Below are positions 18,545-28,119 of a DNA stretch of 64,000 nucleotides, piece after piece. Where the stretch lies: assembly GCA_963762565.1 (NCBI GenBank), contig CAVXLD010000003.1, positions 576,001-640,000 of the forward strand, read 5' to 3'. The stretch is from an uncultured Verrucomicrobiae bacterium. GTDB taxonomy: Bacteria > Verrucomicrobiota > Verrucomicrobiia > Chthoniobacterales > JAFAMB01. Each line of letters opens with the position of its first letter. Within the stretch, counting starts at the first letter, position 1. The position numbers and the translations under genes were made by a program. The notes beneath the pieces were generated by a model. The model was not told the DNA's origin, did not search any database, and saw only the letters and a program-made list of their open reading frames with translations.

Positions 18545-19398
18545 AGATCATTTTCGATGATGCCGCAACGAAATATGGAGAAAGCCAGCATCCGGAACGG
18601 CCGGAACGTCTGCTGAGCACTGTCCCGCATCTCAAGAAGGTTCTACCGCAACTGGTTTGGGAACGGCCGTTAATCGCAGACGATAAGGCCCTGTTACTAG
18701 CGCATGATGAGGCACATCTGGCCAGACTGCGTCAGCCCATCGATTTCGATATAGATACCCCATATTATCCAGAGATCGATCAACATGCGAGGCGCGCGAC
18801 TGGCGGCGCTCTGATGGCGGTGGAGTCAGCCAGGAAGGGCGAGCCAGCGTTTTCCCTTCTCCGGCCGCCGGGACATCATGCCAAGCGAGCACAGGCCATG
18901 GGATTTTGTTATCTGAACTCGATTGCGGTGGCAGCTCTGGTTGCCCTTAGGGACGGATGCGAGCGGGTCGCGATCTGGGATTTTGATGCGCATCATGGCA
19001 ACGGCACCGAAGCGATCGTTACGGGAAATGAACGCATCTTGTTTGCATCGATTCACCAATATCCTGGGTATCCGGGGACCGGGACTCATTCTTTTCAGAA
19101 CATTCTCAACTGGCCGGTTCCACCGATGACGGACGGCGAAATGCACGCTGACAAGGTCAGAGAAGCTCTAGATCGGTTGGTGGCTTTTCGGCCGGATTTA
19201 TTGCTCGTCTCAGCAGGCTTCGACGCCTATCTCAACGACCCAATAACCAACTTACGACTCGAAGCCGACCATTTTTACCGGTTCGGTACCTGGCTTCGCG
19301 AAACCAATATTCCCGCAGCAGCGGTCTTGGAAGGCGGCTACAGCGACGAGTTGCCGGAGCTGATCGAAAGCTTTATCCGCGGCTGGACCGGAGATTAA
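18541..19398 (+). CDS. Histone deacetylase-family amidohydrolase
   Basis: HPERPERL, RPPGHHA, MGFC, DFDAHHGNGT, SAGFD and LEGGY motifs. Confidence 0.95.
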   Translation: MKIIFDDAATKYGESQHPERPERLLSTVPHLKKVLPQLVWERPLIADDKALLLAHDEAHLARLRQPIDFDIDTPYYPEIDQHARRATGGALMAVESARKGEPAFSLLRPPGHHAKRAQAMGFCYLNSIAVAALVALRDGCERVAIWDFDAHHGNGTEAIVTGNERILFASIHQYPGYPGTGTHSFQNILNWPVPPMTDGEMHADKVREALDRLVAFRPDLLLVSAGFDAYLNDPITNLRLEADHFYRFGTWLRETNIPAAAVLEGGYSDELPELIESFIRGWTGD

Positions 19399-19414
19399 AG
19401 AACCGGGAGAAGGC

Positions 19415-19550
19415 AGTGGACGAAGTGGACCTAGTTGACGGAGTGGACCTAGTGGAGCACGCGCTGCCTCGCACTCTACACGTTGGCGACGCCAGTGGCG
19501 TCCACTCGTCCACTCAGTCCACTCCGTCCACAGTGTCTACTCTGTCCACT
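19415..19550. repeat. Inverted 9-mer arrays (AGTGGACNN ... GTCCACT)
   Basis: agtggacga-agtggacct-agttgacgg-agtggacct, then the complementary gtccact units. Confidence 0.8.
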
Positions 19551-19568
19551 AATCTTCTCCCCTTTCGG

Positions 19569-19672
19569 ATCTGCGTAAGTCCGCGTTCATTTCACCCCGG
19601 AGAATTTCGGGTCTGCGGTTAAAATTGTTGTGTCCCGTGTTTATTCGGGTTCATTCGTTTCCATTCGCGGTT
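19569..19672. repeat. Lone family F arm followed by ATTCG..ATTCGCGGTT repeat
   Basis: 19569-19622 closely matches 28569-28622. Confidence 0.8.
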
Positions 19673-19678
19673 CGTTGA

Positions 19679-20644
19679 ATGAACTGGTTTCATTTTAGTT
19701 GGCAGAACTTTTGGTATTCGTTCCTGGCGCTGGCGTTTGAAGGGCTGCCCTTTGTCTTAGTGGGATCGTTGATCTCCGGATTTATTGCGGCGTTTGTACC
19801 TTCCCGGTTCATTACTCGGTTTCTGCCGAAGAACCGTTTTCTGGCGACGTTGGTCAGCGGTCTGTTGGGTCTGATCTTTCCGGTTTGCGAATGCGGTGTC
19901 GTGCCGGTGGTTCGACGGCTGTTGGACAAAGGGCTTCCGCTGTATTGCGGCCTTACCTATATGCTGGCCTCGCCAATCGTTAATCCATTGGTGGCGATCA
20001 GCACCTACGCGGCTTTCCGCGCCCAACAACCTGGGCTGACTACCGTTGTGCGATTAATTAGCGGTTACTTGGTAGCGGTGATAGTCGGGCTCGTCGTGTC
20101 CCGGCTGGATCCCGCCCGGCTGTTAGGCAATCAGGCGGTCGCAACGCGAACAGGTCGGCGGCGAACCACCTTAAGTATTGCCGCGATGCCGGACGCGCCA
20201 GACGTCAGTCGGAGCGTATCGATTAGACAACGCCTGATTGGAGCCGTGCAACTTGCGAGCGACGACTTTATCGACACGGCCATCTATTTCATGATCGGGG
20301 CAGCGGTCGCGTCCGTTTTCAATACTGCGGTCGATCAACGGATTATCTTGCCTTGGGCATCGAGCCCGATCCCGTCGGTCGTCGCCATGATGGTGATCGC
20401 GGGAATCTTGACCTTGTGCAGTTCGTCAGATGCTTTCATCGCGGCTACGTTTACCTCGTTCCCGCTACCGGCACGAATGGCGTTTCTCATATTCGGGCCG
20501 ATGTTCAATTTTAAGCTCCCTTTTCTGTACAGCTCGTTGCTAAAGAAACGCGCAGTCATCGCGCTGGGCGTTGGACTTTTTATTATTGTAGGGGTACTCT
20601 GCGTCGCGTTTTTGCCAGCCGTCTATGCGAACTTGGGCCGCTAA
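19679..20644 (+). CDS. DUF318 (YcgR-like) permease
   Basis: EGLPF, FPVCECGVVP, LASPIVNP, LCSSSDAFIA and FGPM motifs. Confidence 0.92.
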   Translation: MNWFHFSWQNFWYSFLALAFEGLPFVLVGSLISGFIAAFVPSRFITRFLPKNRFLATLVSGLLGLIFPVCECGVVPVVRRLLDKGLPLYCGLTYMLASPIVNPLVAISTYAAFRAQQPGLTTVVRLISGYLVAVIVGLVVSRLDPARLLGNQAVATRTGRRRTTLSIAAMPDAPDVSRSVSIRQRLIGAVQLASDDFIDTAIYFMIGAAVASVFNTAVDQRIILPWASSPIPSVVAMMVIAGILTLCSSSDAFIAATFTSFPLPARMAFLIFGPMFNFKLPFLYSSLLKKRAVIALGVGLFIIVGVLCVAFLPAVYANLGR

Positions 20645-21542
20645 GCTTTTTAACGGAATTACGTTGTTAGGGTTGGGTGGCGTGCTGATCGCCTTTTTTA
20701 TTAACGGTCGTATCGACCAATATCTGCATCCCGCATTTCGTCTGTGGGAACTGGCGGGTGGGATCGGCTTCTGCGTTGCTGGTGCTATCTATCTTGTTAC
20801 CAAGAGATCGATGGACTGCTGCGTCGACGGGCAATGTATTCACAGCAATCCGCGTAACCCAGTTCGGGCGATGCTGGCTTTGGGAGTGATCACAGTACCA
20901 TTGGTAGCCGGCACCGTGTTTTCGAAGGATAGCTATGATCAACAGGCGATCTTAAATCGGGGTTTTGTACAGGATGTCAGCGGGCTTCCCGTGCGCAACG
21001 TAGCGAAGGATGCCAGCACTGCGGCGAAAGACCCTAATCAACCCGCCATTCCTTCAGCCGCATTAGGCGGAGATCAGGATGAGAGCTCAATCGAGCCGCC
21101 TTTGCCGCAAGATGGGAGTGGGAACACGGTGAGTCAGAACTCCACCGGACAAGGCTCTCAGGATGATGCCGAGCAATATCTACCAAAAGCGCCTGACGGT
21201 AACATTGCTTTGGAAGTGAGCGACCTTTTGTACAGCCAGACAGAGGAGAGTCTGCGCAAAATGTTTTCCGGAAAAACCGTCGAAGTGATCGGACAATATC
21301 TACCCGGCTCTGACAAGAGCGAGTTCAAGATTGTCCGGATGTTCATTGTCTGTTGTGCAGCTGATGCGCGACCGATTTCTGTGCCGGTGAAAGCGGGAGG
21401 GCCAGTTTCGATTGCGGACATGAGTTGGGTGAAGGTGATCGGCCAACCTGAGTTCGTTACGAACGGAAGTCAGACCAAAGTGATGCTAAAGGCCGCTCAA
21501 GTGGTGCCCACTGATCCTCCGGCGGAAGCGATGTTGTATTGA
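20625..21542 (+). CDS. TIGR03943/YcgQ-like (DUF1980) permease partner
   Basis: N-terminal TMs, YLHP, GKTVEVIG and RMFIVCCAADA motifs; usual partner of DUF318. Confidence 0.88.
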   Translation: MRTWAAKLFNGITLLGLGGVLIAFFINGRIDQYLHPAFRLWELAGGIGFCVAGAIYLVTKRSMDCCVDGQCIHSNPRNPVRAMLALGVITVPLVAGTVFSKDSYDQQAILNRGFVQDVSGLPVRNVAKDASTAAKDPNQPAIPSAALGGDQDESSIEPPLPQDGSGNTVSQNSTGQGSQDDAEQYLPKAPDGNIALEVSDLLYSQTEESLRKMFSGKTVEVIGQYLPGSDKSEFKIVRMFIVCCAADARPISVPVKAGGPVSIADMSWVKVIGQPEFVTNGSQTKVMLKAAQVVPTDPPAEAMLY

Positions 21543-23935
21543 GGCCCGAAGCCAGAGTGGATGGGGATTCGGTCCGAACCGGAGAATCAGCGGACTATCG
21601 TTACTGGGCGTTCATCAGTTATAGCCACGCCGACAAAAGACTGGGTGATTGGTTACATCGGGCGCTGGAGACCTACCGTGTGCCCAAGCGTCTAGTCGGT
21701 AAGAACGGAATCTTTGGTCCGGTGCCGCGCCGGCTTTATCCAATATTTCGGGATCGGGAAGAGCTCTCCGCGTCGTCGAGTCTCGGCGCCAACATTCAGC
21801 GTGCTCTCCAACAATCACGGTCTCTGATCGTGATCTGTTCGCCCCGCGCTGCGGGTTCTCGTTGGGTCAACGAGGAGATCAAATATTTCAAGAGCTTGAA
21901 CCGGGAAGACCGAGTCCTGGCCTTAATCGCAGCGGGAGAACCGAATGCCGCAGAAGCTAAGAATGGCGCGTCGCCGGAAGAAGAGTGTTTCCCTGAAGCA
22001 TTGCGATTCCGAATGGACGCGAGCGGGGTGCTCACACCGGAACGGACGGAGCCGATTGCGGGCGACGCGCGGAAAGGGAAAGACGGAAAACTAAACGCGA
22101 AACTTAAGCTGCTCGCGGGCTTAATCGCGGTTGACTATGCTGCTCTAAAGCAGCGTGAACAGGAAAGACGCCGGCGTTACTTGATCGGCTTAGTTACGCT
22201 GGCTTCCACAGTCGCACTGGTGATGACCGGCCTAGCGATCTTTGCGTTTGGGGCCGAGCGTGAAGCGCAAAGACAGGCCAAAGCGGCGAACACAGCGCGT
22301 GACCAGGCGGATGGATTGATCAACTACATGCTCGGTGATTTGCGAGACAAATTGAAGCCCAGCGGGCGCTTGAAGATTTTAGGGGATGTTGCCGACAGGG
22401 CTAAGGCTTATTTAGACGGCTTACCCAGCGAGCAAATGACCTCGGGCCGGCTACGGCAACGAGCGGTCATGCTGACCAATCTTGGTGACGTCTTGAAAGA
22501 TAAAGGTGAACTGCCGCAAGCGCTAGACGCCTATCAGCAAAGCTTGAGCATAAAAAAAAGCTTGGCCGAAAAGGCCCCATCAGACTTCAGCTTGCAAGGC
22601 GATCTGGCGGCGGGTTATATCTTGCTTGGGGAGGCGCTGAGAGCCAAAGGGGATTCACAGGCGGCGCTCGATGCTTACCGGCAAGGATTGGCATTCTGCC
22701 AACACTTGTTAGAACAGGATCCCTCGAACACTGAATGGCGATCTAATCTTGCTAATGGTTATCAAGGTATAGGCTATGTCCAGGAGTCGGGAGGCAACCT
22801 GAAAGCGGCACTCGAAGCCTTTCAAACGAGTCTCGACATCCGGCGAGCGCTAGCCGAACAAGACAAAACCAACGCGGAATGGCAACGCAATCTTTCGGCT
22901 AGTTACAACCGAGTTGCCGACGTTTTATACGAAAAAGGTCAGTTTCCAGAAAGCCTGGACGGTTATGAAGAGGGCTTGAGAATCATTAAACATTTAGTTG
23001 AACACGATAAGTCCAACATCCCTTGGCAAAACGATCTCTCGGTCAGTTACGAGGAAGTAGGCGACCTGCTCAAGGATCAGGGCAAACTTGCAGACGCTCT
23101 TGAGTCTTATCAATTGTGCCTAAATATTCGCCGCTCGCTCGTCGATCAAGACAAGTCCAACACCTTTTGGAAGCGCAATCTTTCGATCAGCTACACCAAC
23201 CTGGGTGATGTCTTCAAACTGGAGAGCAAGTTGCCAGAAGCGCTCTCCGCTTATCGTCAGGCACAAGCCATTGCTCAGCAGTTGGTCGACGAAGATGGAT
23301 CAAATGGGAGCTGGCAAGATGATCTTTCCTGGGCCTGTAACAAGGTCGGAGACGTCTTTCTGCTGCAAGGCAATTTGGCCGAGGCTGCCGCCGTTTATCA
23401 ACAAGGGTTAGCAATCAACAAGCGGTTGGTTGAGCAAGACCCAAAAAGCACCGTTTACCAAAACGATCTATCAACCAGCTACGAGAAGATCGGAGACGTT
23501 GCGTTGAGGCAAGGCCATCCAGCTGAAGCCCAGAGCTCATACCAGCTCTGTCTTAAGCTTCGGCAGGGCTTGGTCGAATTGGATAACTCCGATACCACGT
23601 TTCGAGATGGGTTATCTGCCATTCACGCAAAAATTGGCGATGCGCTAAAAGCCCAAGGCAAATTGGATGCGGCCGTTGAAGAGTACCAACAAAGCTTGGA
23701 CCAGCGGCGAACACTGGCAGACCAATATAAGTTTAACGCCGGGGCGAAGCGTGATTTGATTGCTGTGCTCTGTAAGTTGGCTACCGGGAAGGCGAGAATC
23801 CAGGGCGATGATAACGAGCTTAAGGCAAGAGCACTTTTGCAAGAAGCAGCGAGCTTAGCTGTGGACTATAACGGGTCAGACCGCCAGACGCTGATCGATT
23901 CGATCAATCAAGCATCCCAGGGGCTCGGTAAATAG
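21539..23935 (+). CDS. TIR domain - transmembrane - TPR repeat protein
   Basis: AFISYSH, FRDREEL and LIVICSP...SRWVNEEI motifs; RRRR plus hydrophobic helix; nine 48-aa TPR-like repeats. Confidence 0.9.
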   Translation: MRPEARVDGDSVRTGESADYRYWAFISYSHADKRLGDWLHRALETYRVPKRLVGKNGIFGPVPRRLYPIFRDREELSASSSLGANIQRALQQSRSLIVICSPRAAGSRWVNEEIKYFKSLNREDRVLALIAAGEPNAAEAKNGASPEEECFPEALRFRMDASGVLTPERTEPIAGDARKGKDGKLNAKLKLLAGLIAVDYAALKQREQERRRRYLIGLVTLASTVALVMTGLAIFAFGAEREAQRQAKAANTARDQADGLINYMLGDLRDKLKPSGRLKILGDVADRAKAYLDGLPSEQMTSGRLRQRAVMLTNLGDVLKDKGELPQALDAYQQSLSIKKSLAEKAPSDFSLQGDLAAGYILLGEALRAKGDSQAALDAYRQGLAFCQHLLEQDPSNTEWRSNLANGYQGIGYVQESGGNLKAALEAFQTSLDIRRALAEQDKTNAEWQRNLSASYNRVADVLYEKGQFPESLDGYEEGLRIIKHLVEHDKSNIPWQNDLSVSYEEVGDLLKDQGKLADALESYQLCLNIRRSLVDQDKSNTFWKRNLSISYTNLGDVFKLESKLPEALSAYRQAQAIAQQLVDEDGSNGSWQDDLSWACNKVGDVFLLQGNLAEAAAVYQQGLAINKRLVEQDPKSTVYQNDLSTSYEKIGDVALRQGHPAEAQSSYQLCLKLRQGLVELDNSDTTFRDGLSAIHAKIGDALKAQGKLDAAVEEYQQSLDQRRTLADQYKFNAGAKRDLIAVLCKLATGKARIQGDDNELKARALLQEAASLAVDYNGSDRQTLIDSINQASQGLGK

Positions 23936-24234
23936 GGGCAGCCGCGAAGGTTCTTGAATTGTCCGCCGCTTCCCCCGGAGTGGGGCTAAATTCGCTGCGC
24001 CGCGAACCTGTCTTGGGCGATATAGCCCAGCTCGAAAGGAACAAAGTCAGGGTCTGGTAAAACAGGAGTCGTTGTATCTTTTGCGAAGCGCCAGGGCAAT
24101 CCCGTCACCAGCCGCGGGATCGGGAACACTGACTGAAACGCTTGATCCCCGCTAGGTAGCAAAGCCGAAGCTCGGCAATTCGCGACCCGTTTTCAGTCCT
24201 GCAGGGAGACCTCGCACCCACCACCCACCAAAGT

Positions 24235-24981
24235 CTACATGGCTAAACCGCCGTCAACGGACAGCACCTGGCCCGTGATGTACTTCGCTTCTTTGCTTGC
24301 GAGAAACGCAACTGCGGCGGCTACGTCTGCGACGTCGCCGAACGACCGCAAAGGGATGTGGTCGAGCATTTGCTGGCGAACCGCTTCCGGCAACTCTTTC
24401 GTCATATCAGTGCTGATAAACCCAGGGGCTACAGCGTTAACGGTTACTTGGCGTCCAGACACTTCCTTGGCCAAGGCTTTGGTTAAACCGATGAGGCCGG
24501 CTTTGCTGGCCGAATAGTTGACCTGTCCTGCTTGTCCGACCAGTCCGCTGATCGAGGTAATGTTGATGATCCTGCCGTAATGCTGTTTCATCATCGGACG
24601 TTGAAGGTTTTGAATGAAATGGAAGGCCCCTTTCAGGTTGGTATCCACCACCGTGTCCCAATCCTCTTCCGACATACGCATGCTCAGCCGGTCGCGGGTG
24701 ATGCCGGCATTGTTCACGAGAATCATGACCTGGCCAAAATCTTTGAGAATCTGACTGCAGACTGTGGCCACGGCTTGAGCATTGGCCACATCGACCGCAT
24801 AAGCCCTGGCCGTCTCCGGTTTCTCGTTGTTAAGCCTGTCGGCGGTTGCTTGAGCGTTCTCTTGGGTCCGGCTAATGACCGCGACTTTCGCGCCTTCAGC
24901 GGCAAAGCGCTCGGCGATCGCTTGCCCAATTCCGCGGCCCGCTCCAGTCACAACTGCAACCTGATCAACAAAACGATTCAT
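24235..24981 (-). CDS. fabG: 3-oxoacyl-ACP reductase
   Basis: TGAGRGIG, NNAGITRD, YSASKAG, APGFISTDMT and VDGGL motifs. Confidence 0.93.
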   Translation of the reverse strand: MNRFVDQVAVVTGAGRGIGQAIAERFAAEGAKVAVISRTQENAQATADRLNNEKPETARAYAVDVANAQAVATVCSQILKDFGQVMILVNNAGITRDRLSMRMSEEDWDTVVDTNLKGAFHFIQNLQRPMMKQHYGRIINITSISGLVGQAGQVNYSASKAGLIGLTKALAKEVSGRQVTVNAVAPGFISTDMTKELPEAVRQQMLDHIPLRSFGDVADVAAAVAFLASKEAKYITGQVLSVDGGLAM

Positions 24982-24992
24982 GCGCTAAAAGC

Positions 24993-25058
24993 GATGACAA
25001 ATGACAAATTGCAAATGACAAATGTAAGGATCTGTCATCTGGGATTGTCATTTGTCAT
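24993..25058. repeat. Inverted (AAATGAC)n/(GTCATTT)n heptamer hairpin
   Basis: gatgacaaatgacaaattgcaaatgacaaatg ... tctgtcatctgggattgtcatttgtcatc. Confidence 0.8.
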
Positions 25059-26448
25059 CATCTTCGGCCTCGCCCTTCAGCTGATTCAGCTTATTCCGCA
25101 GGGTTCGAATACTGATCCCCAGCATCTGAGCGGTTTGGGTGCGATTGCCTTTCGCTTGCCGGAGCGCATGCATGATGTATTCCCGTTCGACTGATTCGAG
25201 CGGAATCACTTCTTCCGGGAAGGCCAAAGTTGTGCCGGACGCGAGCGTGATTCGCTCGATTGGCGGTTCGCCGATGTCGATGTTTGGAAACATAGGCGAC
25301 ATAACCTCCGCGTTGATGCCTTCTTCTGGGTCATGCAAAATCACGGCCCGTTCGATGACATTCTGTAGCTCGCGCACATTGCCGGGCCAATCGTATGCCA
25401 TCAGGATGGCCATGGCTTGTGGTGTCACCGCGGGCGAGTGAATACCGGTGCGCTGAGCAATCCTCTTTAGAAAAGCATCAACCAGCAGAGGGATATCTTC
25501 CTTCCGCACTCGCAGGGGCGGAACGGTGATCGGGAAAACGTTCAAGCGATAGTACAGGTCCTGCCGGAACTCCTGACGCTCAACTGAGGTAGCCAAATCA
25601 CGGTTGGTGGTTGCTAACACTCGCACATTCACGCGTATCGTGCGGCCTCCGCCGACCCTTTCGAATTCGCGTTCCTGTAGCACTCGCAAGAGCTTGGCCT
25701 GAAGTCTCGGGGGTATTTCACTGACTTCGTCCAACAGAATGGTCCCCTGGTCTGCGAGCTCGAACCGGCCTTCTCTCTTTTCTGTCGCCCCGGTAAAAGC
25801 TCCTTTTTCGTGTCCAAAAAACTCGCTTTCGATCAGGTTGTCAGAAATCGCTGCGCAATTGACCTTGATAAACGGTTTGGCAGAACGCGCACTGGCCCGA
25901 AAGATCTCGGTCGCAACGAGCTCCTTGCCGGTTCCATTCTCACCGCCGATGAGAACCGTGGCTTCGGTGGAAGCGACCTTTTGGATCAGCTGACGCAATT
26001 GGCGGATTCTCTGGCTTTCACCGATCAAAGGCGCCGGGTCGGTTGCTTGGTACGAGAGAACCTGGTTGACTTTAAGGGCCTGAATGAAGCTGGCCGCCTT
26101 GTTCATGACGACCTCGATTTGCCCGGAGGAGAATGGTTTGATGATGTAATCGAAGGCTCCGGCCCGGATGCAACTGACGGCGGACTCAACTGACCCGTGC
26201 CCCGTCATCATCACAATGACCGGCTTACGCGGCTGGCTGCTTAGCCTGGCTAGGAGATCAGTACCGTCGCCATCCGGCAAACGCACATCGACAAACATTA
26301 AGTCAAAGGGTTCCGCGGCAACCGTTCGTTCGGCCTCGCTAATGGTCGCGCAGAGGGCCACCGCAAGACGTTTGCCTTTTAATTGCAACTCAAGCGAGCG
26401 ACGAATTGTGGCGTCGTCATCAACGACGATTACTTTCTCGATGGCCAT
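25048..26448 (-). CDS. Sigma54-dependent response regulator (NtrC family)
   Basis: Receiver domain, GENGTGKE, GAFTGA, LDEV, WPGNVREL and Fis-type HTH. Confidence 0.95.
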   Translation of the reverse strand: MAIEKVIVVDDDATIRRSLELQLKGKRLAVALCATISEAERTVAAEPFDLMFVDVRLPDGDGTDLLARLSSQPRKPVIVMMTGHGSVESAVSCIRAGAFDYIIKPFSSGQIEVVMNKAASFIQALKVNQVLSYQATDPAPLIGESQRIRQLRQLIQKVASTEATVLIGGENGTGKELVATEIFRASARSAKPFIKVNCAAISDNLIESEFFGHEKGAFTGATEKREGRFELADQGTILLDEVSEIPPRLQAKLLRVLQEREFERVGGGRTIRVNVRVLATTNRDLATSVERQEFRQDLYYRLNVFPITVPPLRVRKEDIPLLVDAFLKRIAQRTGIHSPAVTPQAMAILMAYDWPGNVRELQNVIERAVILHDPEEGINAEVMSPMFPNIDIGEPPIERITLASGTTLAFPEEVIPLESVEREYIMHALRQAKGNRTQTAQMLGISIRTLRNKLNQLKGEAEDDDK

Positions 26449-26708
26449 ACCTCGACACCAATGTTTCTTCTGCTACGTCGCGTGTTTCCGGGCTAGCGCT
26501 GTCGGGAAGAACTCCAGAGTATTAAAAGAGCAAAAAAAATCCTAATAGTCCTTCTTGTAGCTGATCCTGCTAAATTGTTCTAAGTGTTTGTGAATAAAAG
26601 CCTTGCGCTGAATGTAAGGTGTTCAAACGGATTGAGGAATAGGTAATTTTACCATATTCCATTTTCTCAGGCATCCCTTAAGATAATTGGATCTAAAAAG
26701 TTTGGATC

Positions 26709-27362
26709 ATGGAGGAATTAGAGGACAGTGGCTCGCCGGTCTGGCGGTTTGTGCTCGAGCGGGCCGTACACGAGTTCAACAATCGGGTGGGTGGTATTCT
26801 CTCGGTGAGCGATGCCCATCTCTCCCGGCGAATCGAGAATCGTGAACTACGGGAAAGTCTTTGGCTGATTAGGGACGGCGCGAAAGCCGCCAGTGACTTT
26901 GTGGTGACAATGGCTGATCTGTTGACGGCCGACGAAGCCGGGCCGGAAATGACCCGGCTAAGCGAGTTACGAGAATATCTCGTGGCAAAACTGCGGCTTT
27001 TCTTGCCGCGCCACATTCAGATAAATACGCCGGCTGGTTCCAGCGATGCGGAGGTCAAAGTAAATGCCAAGCAGCTTTTGTTCTGCTTATTAGCGTTGCT
27101 CCAGAAAGAGCTGTCCGGCGAGCAGCCACCATCATTCTTGTTGGAACTGTCGATTAAGGTCGAACGCTCGACCGCTTGGCTGGTCTATCGCTCGACTGGT
27201 CACACGGGAGGTGTGCAAGCTGAGTTCTGTAAGACGGTGTTTACCAAGATAAGGCCGTCGCTGAGACGCTTGGAGATTCAGGAGAACCCGTCTGAATTCG
27301 AGGTTGCCATGGGCTTTCCGAACTCGCCTGAGGCTCGTTCAAAAATGACAAATCAAAAATGA
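26709..27362 (+). CDS. Histidine-kinase-like protein with H-box and degenerate ATPase domain
   Basis: VHEFNNRVGGI H-box; N, G1 and G2 boxes not recognisable; no sensor domain. Confidence 0.6.
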   Translation: MEELEDSGSPVWRFVLERAVHEFNNRVGGILSVSDAHLSRRIENRELRESLWLIRDGAKAASDFVVTMADLLTADEAGPEMTRLSELREYLVAKLRLFLPRHIQINTPAGSSDAEVKVNAKQLLFCLLALLQKELSGEQPPSFLLELSIKVERSTAWLVYRSTGHTGGVQAEFCKTVFTKIRPSLRRLEIQENPSEFEVAMGFPNSPEARSKMTNQK

Positions 27363-27450
27363 CAGATGACAAATATTGGTTGGGGCCAGCGTGTTCCGGC
27401 AAAATTTGTCATTTGTCATTCTGTCATCTGTCATTCGCAGGCGAGTCTCC
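27320..27450. repeat. Family H heptamer hairpin overlapping two convergent gene ends
   Basis: GAACTCGCCTGAGGCTC arm shared with 860-879; AAATGAC/GTCATTT arrays. Confidence 0.85.
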
Positions 27451-28110
27451 GATCAGCTGCCGCAGCCTTTCGACGCTGAGTTCGTCGAGTTGGTGAACGG
27501 CGACATCTGCACCCTTCAATAAGTCAATTGAGTTGGTGGTAGCGACCGCTACCACTTTCATACCGCCGCGATGTGCTGCCTCGATTCCGACCAAAGCGTC
27601 CTCGAAAACGACGCACCTCTCGGGAGGCAGGCTCAGACGGCCTGCCGCTTTCACGAACACCTCGGGATCGGGCTTACCATGGGAGACATCTTCAGCCGTG
27701 ATGATAGCTTGAAAGCGATCCTTGAGGCCGATCGATTTCAAACCGGTCTCAATGTTCAGCCGATGCGTCGAGGAGCCGATCGCGCACGGGATTCCGGCAT
27801 CCCTCAGCCGGCTCAACCACGTCACCACACCGGCTAACGGCTCAAGGCCCCATTCCAGAACGATCTCCCGGTAGAGAGCCTCCTTCCGCAGTGAAAGCCG
27901 GTTAATCTCGGCTGGATCCAAAGTCCACTGCAGAAAATTCGGAATAATGACTTCGTTCTTCATCCCGAACCCTTTCTTGAAGTGGCCCGGCGGAAGGCTG
28001 TGCCCGGTTTCTTTGGCTAATCTTTCCCAACTTTCCTCGTGATGAGCGGAGGAGTCGATGACCACTCCGTCCCAATCGAATATTGCGCCAATAGAGCCCT
28101 GATCAGACAT
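27424..28110 (-). CDS. HAD-IA phosphatase (beta-phosphoglucomutase-like)
   Basis: FDWDGVVIDS, GSS, KPDPEVF and FEDA..GIEAA motifs. Confidence 0.92.
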   Translation of the reverse strand: MSDQGSIGAIFDWDGVVIDSSAHHEESWERLAKETGHSLPPGHFKKGFGMKNEVIIPNFLQWTLDPAEINRLSLRKEALYREIVLEWGLEPLAGVVTWLSRLRDAGIPCAIGSSTHRLNIETGLKSIGLKDRFQAIITAEDVSHGKPDPEVFVKAAGRLSLPPERCVVFEDALVGIEAAHRGGMKVVAVATTNSIDLLKGADVAVHQLDELSVERLRQLIGDSPANDR

Positions 28111-28119
28111 AGGAAATTA

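Noticed and set aside
22552..22559. A8 tract in the TIR-TPR gene (and an A-tract near 61523) as phase-variation sites
   Set aside because: Short; frame intact; no evidence of variation from a single sequence
24532..25194. Long antisense ORFs opposite fabG, dapL, gabD, the ketosynthase and others
   Set aside because: Typical shadow ORFs of GC-rich coding strands with no recognisable motifs
26449..26708. Sigma54 -24/-12 promoter near the NtrC-type gene
   Set aside because: No convincing TGGCAC-N5-TTGC found by eye
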